Origin: Bacillota bacterium
GTDB taxonomy: Bacteria > Bacillota > Clostridia > Christensenellales > CAG-138
NCBI GenBank assembly: GCA_023400985.1
Contig: JAEXEN010000037.1
Coordinates: 35,118-99,117 of the forward strand
Direction of reading: 5' to 3'
DNA: 64,000 nucleotides
Both the position numbers and the translations under genes were made by a program. This document shows positions 26,846 through 35,674 of the stretch, in pieces. The number at the start of each line of letters is the position of its first letter. Positions within the stretch are counted from its first letter, which is position 1. The notes beneath the pieces are model-generated. The model worked only from the letters and a program-made list of their open reading frames with translations. It was not told where the DNA came from and did not search any database.

Positions 26846-27586
26846 TTACAGCGTGCCGACGGCGGCGGCATACACGATAAATTCCCCCTCGCCGTCCAGA
26901 GAGAAAAACGCGTCGGCGGCGGTTTGGTCGTAGGAAGCGATAGCGCACATGCCGAGGCCCGCCGCCTCGCAGCTCAAATAGAGGTTCTGCGCGGCATGGC
27001 CGGCATCGATAAGCACGAGCTTCGCGGCAGACGCCGTATAGCGCCATTCCGTGCGGTAAGGGTTGGCTGCAAAAAAGAAGGTGACGGCCGCGGCGAGCGT
27101 AAAGCTCTGGTTGTTGAGCACGGGAAGCGCCTGCTTTTCCACATCCTCGACCGGCCGAAGAAGCTCGAGTTCATGCGTCTTCGCCAAGTAGTGGTAAAGC
27201 CCTTTTTCGAGACCTTCTACGTTTCGTACGGCCAGATATACTTCGAACGGATGCCGCGCCCCGCCGGACGGTACGGTGCGGAATGTCAGGTTGTTTTTGA
27301 CGGCCTTTACGCCCTGCGCACTCCAAAGTAAAAGCGAAAGCGCGCCGAGCGAAAGCGGCGCATCCGCATAGGCGCGGCGGCTGACACGCGCGTTGAGAAG
27401 CGAAAGATAATCGCCGTTTTTGACGACGGCTTCAAAATTCCGCGCAAGCGCCACGCGCTTGCCGCCGCCTACCTTGAAGGGCGCCGGCTGAGGTACCCCC
27501 TTAAGCTGATCGCTTTCCGGGCCAGGTTTCCTGAAAACGCTTTTCATAGAAGCGCGGTTGTGCTCGATAACATCTTTTTGTTCCAT
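26846..27586 (-). CDS. SagB-type / nitroreductase-family FMN oxidoreductase
   Basis: Nitroreductase-fold pattern (RVSRRAY...PSGGARHPFEVY...IDAGHAAQNLYL). SD GGAGGG. Confidence 0.8.
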   Translation of the reverse strand: MEQKDVIEHNRASMKSVFRKPGPESDQLKGVPQPAPFKVGGGKRVALARNFEAVVKNGDYLSLLNARVSRRAYADAPLSLGALSLLLWSAQGVKAVKNNLTFRTVPSGGARHPFEVYLAVRNVEGLEKGLYHYLAKTHELELLRPVEDVEKQALPVLNNQSFTLAAAVTFFFAANPYRTEWRYTASAAKLVLIDAGHAAQNLYLSCEAAGLGMCAIASYDQTAADAFFSLDGEGEFIVYAAAVGTL

Positions 27587-27635
27587 CTCGATCCCTCCCG
27601 AAGCGCTTTTCTATACTATATCCCGAAGCGTGCGC

Positions 27636-28202
27636 TTATGCAAATACGCCCAGATGCTCCAAAAGTATCTTGAGCCCGATCAGAATGAGCACGACGCCGC
27701 CCAAAATATCCGCTTTGTCCGCAAGGCCGGAACCGAAGCGGTTGCCGACGGCGACACCCGTGAAGGAAATGCCGAACGTGACCGTGCCGATAAGGAGCAC
27801 CGTGGGCAAAATGTCGGTGTTCAAAAATGCGAACGTAATGCCCGCAGCGAGCGCGTCAATGCTGGTGGCTATGGCGAGCACGAACACGCGCCTAACGGAA
27901 AACGGGTGACAGGCTTCGCATTCCCCGTCCTTTTTGAGGCCGTCAACCATCATCTTGCCGCCGAGAAAACTCAACAGCGCAAACGCGATCCAATGGTCGA
28001 ACTCTGTGATATACGCCGCGAACTGCCTGCCCAATGCCCAGCCGATGAAGGGCATGAGCGCCTGAAAGCCGCCGAAGAACAGCGCGATCACCGCAGTGTG
28101 CTTAAGGCTCAATTTTTTCATGCAAAGCCCTTGGCACAGCGCCGCGGCAAACGCATCCATCGAAAGCCCCACGGCGAGGATAACGATCTCAAAAAGGCCC
28201 AA
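27636..28202 (-). CDS. mntP: Manganese efflux pump MntP
   Basis: MntP/DUF204 repeats (GLSMDAFAAA and SIDALAAG). Start placed at TTG 28202 ((M)GLFEIVILAVGLSMDAF) with SD GGAGGGG at 6-nt spacing. The listed upstream extension runs into the riboswitch. Confidence 0.85.
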   Translation of the reverse strand: MGLFEIVILAVGLSMDAFAAALCQGLCMKKLSLKHTAVIALFFGGFQALMPFIGWALGRQFAAYITEFDHWIAFALLSFLGGKMMVDGLKKDGECEACHPFSVRRVFVLAIATSIDALAAGITFAFLNTDILPTVLLIGTVTFGISFTGVAVGNRFGSGLADKADILGGVVLILIGLKILLEHLGVFA

Positions 28203-28219
28203 AAGAAAACCCCTCCGAC

Positions 28220-28370
28220 AAAAAAATCGGGCGCAAGCGTCCGATATGCGGCAAAAGCTATTCCCCCATATACGGCGCACGCCGTACATGGGTCTTGTTA
28301 TTTCATGCAAGCCAGGTTTTCACCAGCATGTTGACTTGCACCGCGAAAACGCGGCAACTACTCCCCCATG
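28220..28370 (-). promoter_or_regulatory. yybP-ykoY (Mn2+) riboswitch with terminator expression platform
   Basis: The minus strand reads CAUGGGGGAGUAG...UUGCAUGAAAUAACAAGACCCAUG. This reproduces the conserved GGGGAGUAG 5' element, the CAAGACC 3' element and a closing P1 helix (CAUGGG/CCCAUG). It is followed by AUCGGACGC-UUG-GCGCCCGAU plus U7. The element lies directly upstream of mntP, its canonical target. Confidence 0.8.
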
Positions 28371-28379
28371 AACTTCGTT

Positions 28380-28408
28380 ATTATAAGCGTAAATATATAA
28401 AAAGTCAA
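28380..28408 (-). promoter_or_regulatory. SigmaA promoter of the mntP leader
   Basis: The minus strand reads TTGACT, a 17-nt spacer, then TATAAT. It ends about 10 nt before the riboswitch P1. Confidence 0.7.
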
Positions 28409-28464
28409 TGGCGGAGGGAAGATTCCGTCAAACGGCGTAACAAAATTTAGACTTGATCGGAAAC

Positions 28465-30075
28465 TCAAACGCTATTCTTGCGCATTTGTCCATTTTCAAA
28501 TATATCGGCCACGAGGCTTTCCGTGGTTAACGCAGAAGAAGCAACGGATACCGCATTTTGTAAGGCACTGATAGAAACAGTCGCAGGATCTAATATTCCT
28601 TGCTCGATCATATTGCACATGCATTGACGGACCGCGTCAAACCCCCAGTCAGGGTCGTTTTTTGCAAGGACGCGTTTGAGCACCATCTCTCCTTCAAGTC
28701 CTGCATTTTCAGCAATCTGTTTGAGCGGCGCGCTAAGTGCTTTTTCGACAAGCTGCGCACCGAAGCGTTCCTCGCCTTCAAGGTTCTCCGCAGCCCATAC
28801 CTTAAGTTCGCGCGAGGCTGTAAGATATGCGCAGCAGCCTCCTGCAACAATACCTTTCCGTGCGGCGGCACGCGTCGCGCTCACAGCATCCTCGATGCGA
28901 AGCTTCTTCTCATGAAGCTCCGCTTCCGTATATGCACCGACCCTAATCACGCCGACGCCGCCCGCAAGGCAGCCTGCACGCTCACGCAGCTTCAAAATAT
29001 CAAAGTCGAATTCCGCACGTTCCAACTCCCGTTGTACATGCTCGATGCGCAGCTTAATCTTCCCCGCGTCCCCATATCCGCCTATGATGAGCGTACTGTC
29101 TTTACCGGAAATCACTTTTTTTGCATGCCCAAGCATGGCGATCGTCGCATCGGCAAGCTCCATGCCGAGCATCTCGCTTATCACCGTTCCGCCTGTCAAC
29201 ACGGCCATATCCAGTAAAAGGTCTCGACGGCGCTCTCCGAGGCTCGGCGCCTTCACACACAAACAGTTGAATTTTCTCTGCATTTTATTCACAACGATAG
29301 GTGCAAGCGCTTCGTTTGTAAAGCTATCGGCAACAATCAAAAGCGGTTTCCCTCGATTCATCAGTTGTTCTATGATCGGCAGAAGCTCTTGAAAACTGCC
29401 GATCTTCCGGTCGGTGAGTAGGATATAAGGTTCCTCCAAGACCGCTTGCAGCTTTTTCGCATCGGTTATCATATGCGGTGTGATAAAACCACGGTCAAAC
29501 TCCATGCCCTCTACCACTTCCGCCGTAGTCTTCGTGCCGCCGGACGCCTCAACGCTAATTACTGAATCATACGGCAGCTTTTCCATAATTTCGGAAATAA
29601 GTCTGCCGATTTCGGCGTCGCCGGATGAAATAGTGCCTACCCTTTCCACATCTTCTTTGCCGCGAACAGGGTGTGTGTTTGCACGAATGGTCTCCACGAC
29701 CTTTTCGAGCGTCTTTTGCATACCCCTGCGCACTTCGACAGGGTTTGCACCGGCAGCGACATATTTGACGCCTTCCACGATCATCGTCTGCGCCAAAATG
29801 ATAGCTGTAGTAGCACCGTTCCCAGCCATATCGTTGGTTTTCGAGGAAACCACGCGCATGAGTTGCGCGCCCATATTTTCGTAAGGATTCGAAAGATATA
29901 TTTCTCGCGCGATGGTCACGCCGTCATTGGTTACAAGCGGCGCTCCGACCCTTCGACTCAGCACGACATTCCTCCCGCATGGACCGAAAGTCACGCGGGC
30001 CGTATTCGCCAGTTTGTCCACGCCTCGTATCAAAGCTAAGCGGGCCTCTTGTCCTAAAAGCATTCCACTCTTCAT
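28465..30075 (-). CDS. Divergent Cpn60/GroEL-family paralog (orphan, no adjacent groES)
   Basis: It aligns along its full length with GroEL (GPCGRNVVL, TNDGVTIAREI, ENMGAQL, EGMEFDRGF, LTGGTVISE, IEDAVSATRAA, GILDP). However, it has AGNGATTA in place of AGDGTTTA and no GGM tail. SD AGGAGG. Confidence 0.85.
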   Translation of the reverse strand: MKSGMLLGQEARLALIRGVDKLANTARVTFGPCGRNVVLSRRVGAPLVTNDGVTIAREIYLSNPYENMGAQLMRVVSSKTNDMAGNGATTAIILAQTMIVEGVKYVAAGANPVEVRRGMQKTLEKVVETIRANTHPVRGKEDVERVGTISSGDAEIGRLISEIMEKLPYDSVISVEASGGTKTTAEVVEGMEFDRGFITPHMITDAKKLQAVLEEPYILLTDRKIGSFQELLPIIEQLMNRGKPLLIVADSFTNEALAPIVVNKMQRKFNCLCVKAPSLGERRRDLLLDMAVLTGGTVISEMLGMELADATIAMLGHAKKVISGKDSTLIIGGYGDAGKIKLRIEHVQRELERAEFDFDILKLRERAGCLAGGVGVIRVGAYTEAELHEKKLRIEDAVSATRAAARKGIVAGGCCAYLTASRELKVWAAENLEGEERFGAQLVEKALSAPLKQIAENAGLEGEMVLKRVLAKNDPDWGFDAVRQCMCNMIEQGILDPATVSISALQNAVSVASSALTTESLVADIFENGQMRKNSV

Positions 30076-30113
30076 GAATATCCTCCTAAAATACGTCAGA
30101 CCGCATTTATCTT

Positions 30114-30146
30114 AAAAAACGGTCTCCCACATTCGTTCGGGAGGCC
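30114..30146 (-). terminator. Intrinsic terminator after MATE gene
   Basis: The minus strand reads GGCCTCCC-N10-GGGAGACC (one mismatch) followed by GTTTTTT. Confidence 0.65.
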
Positions 30147-30203
30147 GTGGTATTGAGAGCTTTCCATATAGAATAACGCGCCAGATGTCGGCATGCAATG
30201 TGC

Positions 30204-31607
30204 TTATCTAACCTCGTCCATAAGAGAAGGCGCCGTTGGGGGAGCCGTCTTGCGGCGGAATTCCACGACAATGAGCGCAAGCATTACAAGCGCGATTACC
30301 GCCGTAATGGTATCTGAGATAGGCTGCGAGTAAATAACACCGTTAAACTGGAACTTACTCGGCAATGTCAGGATAAGCGGAATAAAGAAAATGCCATTTC
30401 TTGAAAGCGCGAGTATACCCGATTGCATCGCCCTGCCGCAGGATTGAAACAGCATGTTGGCGATGATGCTTACCGTCGCCATAGGTAACGCAAAGAGCTG
30501 TGCCTTTAAAATCATAGCGCCGAGCGAACGGAATGCCGCATCTTCGGCTCGGAAAAAGCCCATGATCGGATTGCCGAATACGGTCCCTACGACTGTAGAA
30601 AGCACGGCAAAGCACATGCTCACAAGCATGACGAAGCCAAAACCCCTCATGACGCGCTTATAGAGCTTTGCGCCGTAGCAATAGCCGCACATGGGTTGAA
30701 AGCCCTGCCCGAGGCCCATCAAAATAGATGTGAGGATATTGATAATGCGGCTTGCCACCGTCATTCCGGCAAGCGCTGCATCGCCGTAAGGCGCGGCGGC
30801 ATTGTTCAAGAGGATGCCTGAAAGGCTCAGCAGACAAATACGGAAGAAATCGGGAGAACCTATCTTCAAAATCTCCGAAAGAGTAGCCCAATTCGGCGTA
30901 AAGTATTTCCACGATATTTTAAGAACGCTTTTCCCCCGCAAAACGTAGGACAGGAGAATAAAGAAGCTGGCTGTTTGGCTGATGCTGGTTGCGACTGCCG
31001 CGCCGATAATGCCCATATGGAACACGAAGATGAACAACGGTGCAAGTATCACGTTGATCACGGCGCCGCTTACGGTCCCCGCTACCGCTATCCATATACT
31101 TCCCTCTTGGCGGATGGCTTGACTCAAAACGAACGTAGCACTGAAAAAAGGCGTCGCGAGTATCACATAAAACGCAAAATCCCACGCATACGGCAAAATG
31201 GTGGGAGTCGCCCCAAAAGCCGTGAGTATAGGGTTCAAAAAGATAATGGACATAACGCCTACCACCGCACAGACGAAAATTGACATAAAAAACGCCGTGG
31301 AAATGCTGCGGTCGGCCGCCTCATCATCCTTGCTGCCACGCGCGCGCGTGGCATAGCTACCCGCGCCAATGGCGAACGCGAGCGCAATCGCCTGTATGAT
31401 TTGGAATAGCGGCATGGCAATGCCAGGCGCGGCAGTCGCGCTCGTACTGATCTGGCTGATAAAATAGGTATCCGCAATGTTATAAAGCGAACTTATGATC
31501 AGGCTGGCGATAGCCGGTACGGACATGGATAAGATAAGCCTACTTACGGGTCCCGTCGTCATTTTTTCATACCGCTGCTTTGCCAGCGATAAATCGACTT
31601 GCGACAT
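30204..31607 (-). CDS. MATE-family efflux transporter
   Basis: Twelve-TM profile typical of MATE proteins. Start placed at ATG 31607 (MSQVDLSLAKQRYEKMTTGPVSRL) with SD AGGAGGAATC. Confidence 0.88.
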   Translation of the reverse strand: MSQVDLSLAKQRYEKMTTGPVSRLILSMSVPAIASLIISSLYNIADTYFISQISTSATAAPGIAMPLFQIIQAIALAFAIGAGSYATRARGSKDDEAADRSISTAFFMSIFVCAVVGVMSIIFLNPILTAFGATPTILPYAWDFAFYVILATPFFSATFVLSQAIRQEGSIWIAVAGTVSGAVINVILAPLFIFVFHMGIIGAAVATSISQTASFFILLSYVLRGKSVLKISWKYFTPNWATLSEILKIGSPDFFRICLLSLSGILLNNAAAPYGDAALAGMTVASRIINILTSILMGLGQGFQPMCGYCYGAKLYKRVMRGFGFVMLVSMCFAVLSTVVGTVFGNPIMGFFRAEDAAFRSLGAMILKAQLFALPMATVSIIANMLFQSCGRAMQSGILALSRNGIFFIPLILTLPSKFQFNGVIYSQPISDTITAVIALVMLALIVVEFRRKTAPPTAPSLMDEVR

Positions 31608-31647
31608 GATTCCTCCTAATTGGAATTGGATTGAAAAAGGATTACTA

Positions 31648-32649
31648 TCAACTGCATAACGACCGCGCATGGTGGCAGGCTACGAGGTGTCCCTCCCCGC
31701 GGTCGACCAGTACGGGCCTTTCCGTCTTGCATTCCGCCGATGCTTGCAGGCACCGCGGATGGAAAGGACAACCGCAAGGCGCATGAATAGGGCTTGGAAC
31801 TTCGCCCTCCAAAAGTACTCTGTGACGAGTTTTTTCTTCGTAATAATCGGTTGTAGGCACAGCGGAAAGCAATGCTTGGGAGTATGGATGCAACGTTTTA
31901 CAATAAAGATCGCATGAATCCATGACCTCCACCAGATGCCCAAGATACATCACACCGATTCGATCTGCGATATGCCTTACGACCGCGAGATCATGAGCCA
32001 CAAAAATATAAGTGAGATCGAGCTCTCGTTGTAGTTTTTCAAATAGGTTGATGATCTGGGCCTGAATAGACACATCAAGCGCACTCACAGGCTCGTCACA
32101 TACGATAAGCTTCGGATTGCACGCTAGGGCGCGCGCGATACCGAGACGCTGGCGCTGGCCACCGGAAAGCTCGTGCGGATAGCGGTTTGTCATCTCGGGG
32201 CTCAAGCCGACAAGCACCAAAAGCTCATCAATCCTGTTTTTTACCTCGATGGGTGAATGCGGCTTTTTATCGGCGATCAAGGCCTCCTTGAGCATGGAGC
32301 GGACCGATTGGCGCGGGTCGAGGGAACTATAAGGATCTTGAAAGATCATCTGCATATCGCGGCGGAACTGCTTGAGTTCACGGAGAGAGGCGCTTGCGAT
32401 GTCCTTCCCGTCATAGATCACCTTGCCTGCGGTCGGATCGAGCACGCGCAAAACGCATTTACCGGTGGTCGTTTTTCCGCAACCAGATTCGCCTACCAAT
32501 CCAAAGGTCTTACCGCGTTTCACCTCAAAGCTCACGTCGTCTACTGCCCTGACCCAATTAGAAGGGCGCCCGAAAAAACCTTTTCGCACGGGAAAGTGCA
32601 TTTTTAGATTTTCCACCTTTAGAAGCGTTTCATTGGCGTTGTTCATCAT
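31648..32649 (-). CDS. Oligopeptide/dipeptide-type ABC transporter ATP-binding protein (OppF/DppF-like)
   Basis: Walker [10 protein letters not shown], signature LSGGQRQR, Walker B LIVCDEP, and the C-terminal oligopeptide-type extension. The start ATG 32649 overlaps the upstream stop. Confidence 0.9.
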   Translation of the reverse strand: MMNNANETLLKVENLKMHFPVRKGFFGRPSNWVRAVDDVSFEVKRGKTFGLVGESGCGKTTTGKCVLRVLDPTAGKVIYDGKDIASASLRELKQFRRDMQMIFQDPYSSLDPRQSVRSMLKEALIADKKPHSPIEVKNRIDELLVLVGLSPEMTNRYPHELSGGQRQRLGIARALACNPKLIVCDEPVSALDVSIQAQIINLFEKLQRELDLTYIFVAHDLAVVRHIADRIGVMYLGHLVEVMDSCDLYCKTLHPYSQALLSAVPTTDYYEEKTRHRVLLEGEVPSPIHAPCGCPFHPRCLQASAECKTERPVLVDRGEGHLVACHHARSLCS

Positions 32650-33644
32650 ATTTTGTCCTCCACAATATCCCGATGACATGCGACGAAATGCTCTTTTCCG
32701 TCCGTATGGCGAAGCATCGGGAATACGCCATTTTTACAGCTCTCGTCCACATAGGGACATCTTGGCAAAAATGCGCATTGATTCGGCAGATCGATTAGGT
32801 TGGGCGGTGCCCCCACGATGGGGATAAGTTGTTCGTCGGCAATTTCTTCAAGCCTCGGTACGGACTTCAAAAGTCCTATGGTATACGGATGCCGCGGCTT
32901 CGTAATAATCTCCTCCGTGCTGCCCGACTCGATGATGCAGCCAGCATACATCACATAAATGCGCTGGGTATGGCGTGTGACGAGGCCGAGATTATGGGTA
33001 ACGATGACAAGCGAAGTTTTATATTTTTCTACAAGACCAAGTAATAGATCCATGACCTGTGCCTGTATCGTCACATCGAGCGCCGTCGTCGGCTCATCCG
33101 CAATAATGAGTTTGGAGTTGCAGGCGATTGCGGTCGCGATTAACACCCTCTGGCGCATACCGCCGCTCATTTCGAACGGGTAGCTTTTCATGCGGCGTTC
33201 CGGATCGGGAATACTTACATCCTTGAGCGCTTGCACGCCTATCTCCCAAGCCTCCTTACGGCTTACCCTTTTGTGCTTTCGTATCACCTCGCATAGCTGG
33301 TTCCCTACGGTATAGACTTGATTGAGAGCCGTCATGGGCTCCTGAAAGATCATTGCAATCTCCGCACCGCGTATGCTTTGCATCTGTTTGGACGCAGGCC
33401 CATATTCAAGCAGGTTTTTGCCGCGCCATAACACCTCGCCGCCGACAATCTTACCGGGCGGGCTTTGTACGAGTTGCATCACAGACATCTGCGTCACGCT
33501 TTTGCCGCAGCCGGACTCACCCACCACCGCGATGACTTCCTGTTCGTCCACATGGAAGGATACGTCATTTACCGCCTTTACTTCTCCGGCTACCGTAAAA
33601 AATGACGTTTTAAGATTTTTTACTTCCAACAGCTTTGCACGCAT
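32646..33644 (-). CDS. Oligopeptide/dipeptide-type ABC transporter ATP-binding protein (OppD/DppD-like)
   Basis: Walker A GESGCGKS, signature MSGGMRQR, Walker [13 protein letters not shown]. Confidence 0.9.
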   Translation of the reverse strand: MRAKLLEVKNLKTSFFTVAGEVKAVNDVSFHVDEQEVIAVVGESGCGKSVTQMSVMQLVQSPPGKIVGGEVLWRGKNLLEYGPASKQMQSIRGAEIAMIFQEPMTALNQVYTVGNQLCEVIRKHKRVSRKEAWEIGVQALKDVSIPDPERRMKSYPFEMSGGMRQRVLIATAIACNSKLIIADEPTTALDVTIQAQVMDLLLGLVEKYKTSLVIVTHNLGLVTRHTQRIYVMYAGCIIESGSTEEIITKPRHPYTIGLLKSVPRLEEIADEQLIPIVGAPPNLIDLPNQCAFLPRCPYVDESCKNGVFPMLRHTDGKEHFVACHRDIVEDKI

Positions 33645-33645
33645 C

Positions 33646-34563
33646 TTACAGTTTCCCCCTCAGCCTCGGGTCGAGTGCATCGCGAAGGCCGTCGCCCACA
33701 ACACTCAGCGAAATAATTAAGAGCATCAGCGCAATACCTGGCGCAAGCGCGAGCGCCGGCTTGAACATCAAGTAGTTATAGCCCTCCGACACCATAGTGC
33801 CCCATGCGGGCGTCGGCGCCGTAATACCTACGCCAAGGTAAGCAAGGCCCGCTTCGATCATGATTGCCGTGCCAACGCCGCTCGAGAACATGACGATGAT
33901 GGTCGCAAAACAGTTCGGCAGAAGGTGTTTGAACATAATCTTTAAGCGGCTTTGTCCTACCAAACCTGCTGCAACAACATAATCATTTTCTTTAAGCGAA
34001 AGTACTTGACCATTTATCATACGCACATAACCGGGTATGGAAGAAATACCGATGATGAAGCTTATCGCAAAGATTGATCCACCAAAAACGGCAGCAAGGC
34101 ACATTGTAAGGATCAGCGGCGGGATCGAAAGCTCTGCATCCACAAAGCGCATGATGATTCCGCCGACAATACCGCCGAAATAACCTGCAATCAAGCCAAG
34201 CGTTACACCGATCACCATTGCCCATATACTTGAAAGAAGGCCGGTAGAAAGCGAGATGCGCGCTCCGTATAAAATCCTGGTAAGAAGGTCTCTTCCAAGG
34301 TTATCGGTGCCGAGCCAATGCTTTGTTGAAGGGCCTTGCAGCGCATCTATGGGGGACTGTTCATAGGGACTGTATGGGGAAATGACTGGTCCTAACGCGG
34401 CCGCCACGATGAACAGGCATAATATGATGAAGCACGCTTTGGAAAGAATGCCACGCCCAAAAAACACACGGATGAATTGCTTGCGGGAAGCGCGTTTACG
34501 GGTCTTTTCCACCTGCAATAACTTTCCGTCCGAAACGGTATTGCCAAAAGCTCTGCTCTCCAT
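33646..34563 (-). CDS. ABC transporter permease (OppC/DppC-like)
   Basis: BPD-transport permease pattern. Start placed at ATG 34563 (MESRAFGN...) with SD GGAGG, 5 nt after the upstream stop. Confidence 0.88.
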   Translation of the reverse strand: MESRAFGNTVSDGKLLQVEKTRKRASRKQFIRVFFGRGILSKACFIILCLFIVAAALGPVISPYSPYEQSPIDALQGPSTKHWLGTDNLGRDLLTRILYGARISLSTGLLSSIWAMVIGVTLGLIAGYFGGIVGGIIMRFVDAELSIPPLILTMCLAAVFGGSIFAISFIIGISSIPGYVRMINGQVLSLKENDYVVAAGLVGQSRLKIMFKHLLPNCFATIIVMFSSGVGTAIMIEAGLAYLGVGITAPTPAWGTMVSEGYNYLMFKPALALAPGIALMLLIISLSVVGDGLRDALDPRLRGKL

Positions 34564-34568
34564 AACGC

Positions 34569-35519
34569 TTACCTCCGTGCAAGTCTGATACGTGGATCCA
34601 CCAGGCCATATAAAATATCTACCAGAAGGTTGACGCCTACCGTAAAGAGGGAAATCAGCAAAGTACAGCACTGTACGATAAGGTAATCCCTATTATTAAT
34701 AGCACTCGTAAGGAGCTGCCCAATTCCTGCGATATTGAAAAGCGCTTCTACCAGCAGCGACCCGCCGATGACAATGCGGACTTGCATACCCACGATGGTG
34801 ACGATAGGTATCATCGTGTTTTTTAACGCGTGTTTATAGACGACGCTCGCCTCACCAAGGCCGTTTGCCCGGGCGGTTCGTATATAGTCTTGATTGACGG
34901 AATCCAGCATGTTTGTACGCGTTTGACGCGCAACGCCTGCGATCATGCCAAGCGCCATGCAGGAAACCGGAAGAATCGCTTGCCGAACGAATCCGGCGAG
35001 ATCCTCAGAAGGGCTTGTGTAGCCCTGTATGGGAAGTATCTTAAGCCATACCGAAAAGAATAGAATTGAAAGGATGCCTGTCCAGAACACAGGCATTCCG
35101 AGCGTTACCGTTGTAAAGAAAGTCAGTATCTGGTCAAGTATCTTCCCGCGCCTTACTGCACTCACGATGCCGACAAAAATACCCAGCGGCACTGAGATTA
35201 CCAGCGCGCATATGCCAATCGATACTGTGCGTGGCAGGCGCTCTGCGATAATATCGGCAACAGGCCGCTTATAAATGACCGACTCGCCAAAATCACCCTT
35301 GAACATGTTTTGCAACCATAGTGTATACTGCACAAGGATCGGTTTATCCAAATTCATTTCTTCGCGCAGCGCTTGAACATCTTCTTCGGATGCTTCAAAC
35401 CCAAGTGCAAGGCGCGCCGGATCCCCGGGCATAATCTGCATGAGCGAAAACGCAAAGATTGACACGATGAAGACGACTAATAGAGAAATGAGCAGCCTTT
35501 TCACGATGTATGAAACCAT
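34569..35519 (-). CDS. ABC transporter permease (OppB/DppB-like)
   Basis: N-terminus MVSYIVKRLLISLLVVFIVS and the EAA-loop region (YIRTARANGL), typical of OppB/DppB. Confidence 0.9.
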   Translation of the reverse strand: MVSYIVKRLLISLLVVFIVSIFAFSLMQIMPGDPARLALGFEASEEDVQALREEMNLDKPILVQYTLWLQNMFKGDFGESVIYKRPVADIIAERLPRTVSIGICALVISVPLGIFVGIVSAVRRGKILDQILTFFTTVTLGMPVFWTGILSILFFSVWLKILPIQGYTSPSEDLAGFVRQAILPVSCMALGMIAGVARQTRTNMLDSVNQDYIRTARANGLGEASVVYKHALKNTMIPIVTIVGMQVRIVIGGSLLVEALFNIAGIGQLLTSAINNRDYLIVQCCTLLISLFTVGVNLLVDILYGLVDPRIRLARR

Positions 35520-35580
35520 TTTCCCACCTCAACAGCGCCGCTCGGCTGATTTGTAAGCTTTTATAATTGAGTAAATATGT

Positions 35581-35633
35581 GCGCCCCTCCGTTTTGCGGA
35601 GCCTTTCCGCAAAGCGGAGAGGCGCGGTTTTTT
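35581..35633. terminator. Long compound hairpin between binding-protein and permease genes
   Basis: GCGCCCCTCCG/CGGAGAGGCGC is the outer stem and TTTGCGGA/TCCGCAAA the inner stem. On the plus strand it is followed by GGTTTTTTG. On the minus (gene) strand it is preceded by an A-tract and followed by ACAUAUUU. Confidence 0.55.
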
Positions 35634-35674
35634 GTATCGCATAGCCCTTTATGCGCCGCATTTAGATGTTACAG

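Noticed and set aside
30076-30203. CIRCE/HrcA operator or a groES gene upstream of the GroEL paralog.
   Set aside because: No TTAGCACTC-N9-GAGTGCTAA-like inverted repeat is present, and no small ORF with GroES features. The gap contains only the MATE terminator and an SD.
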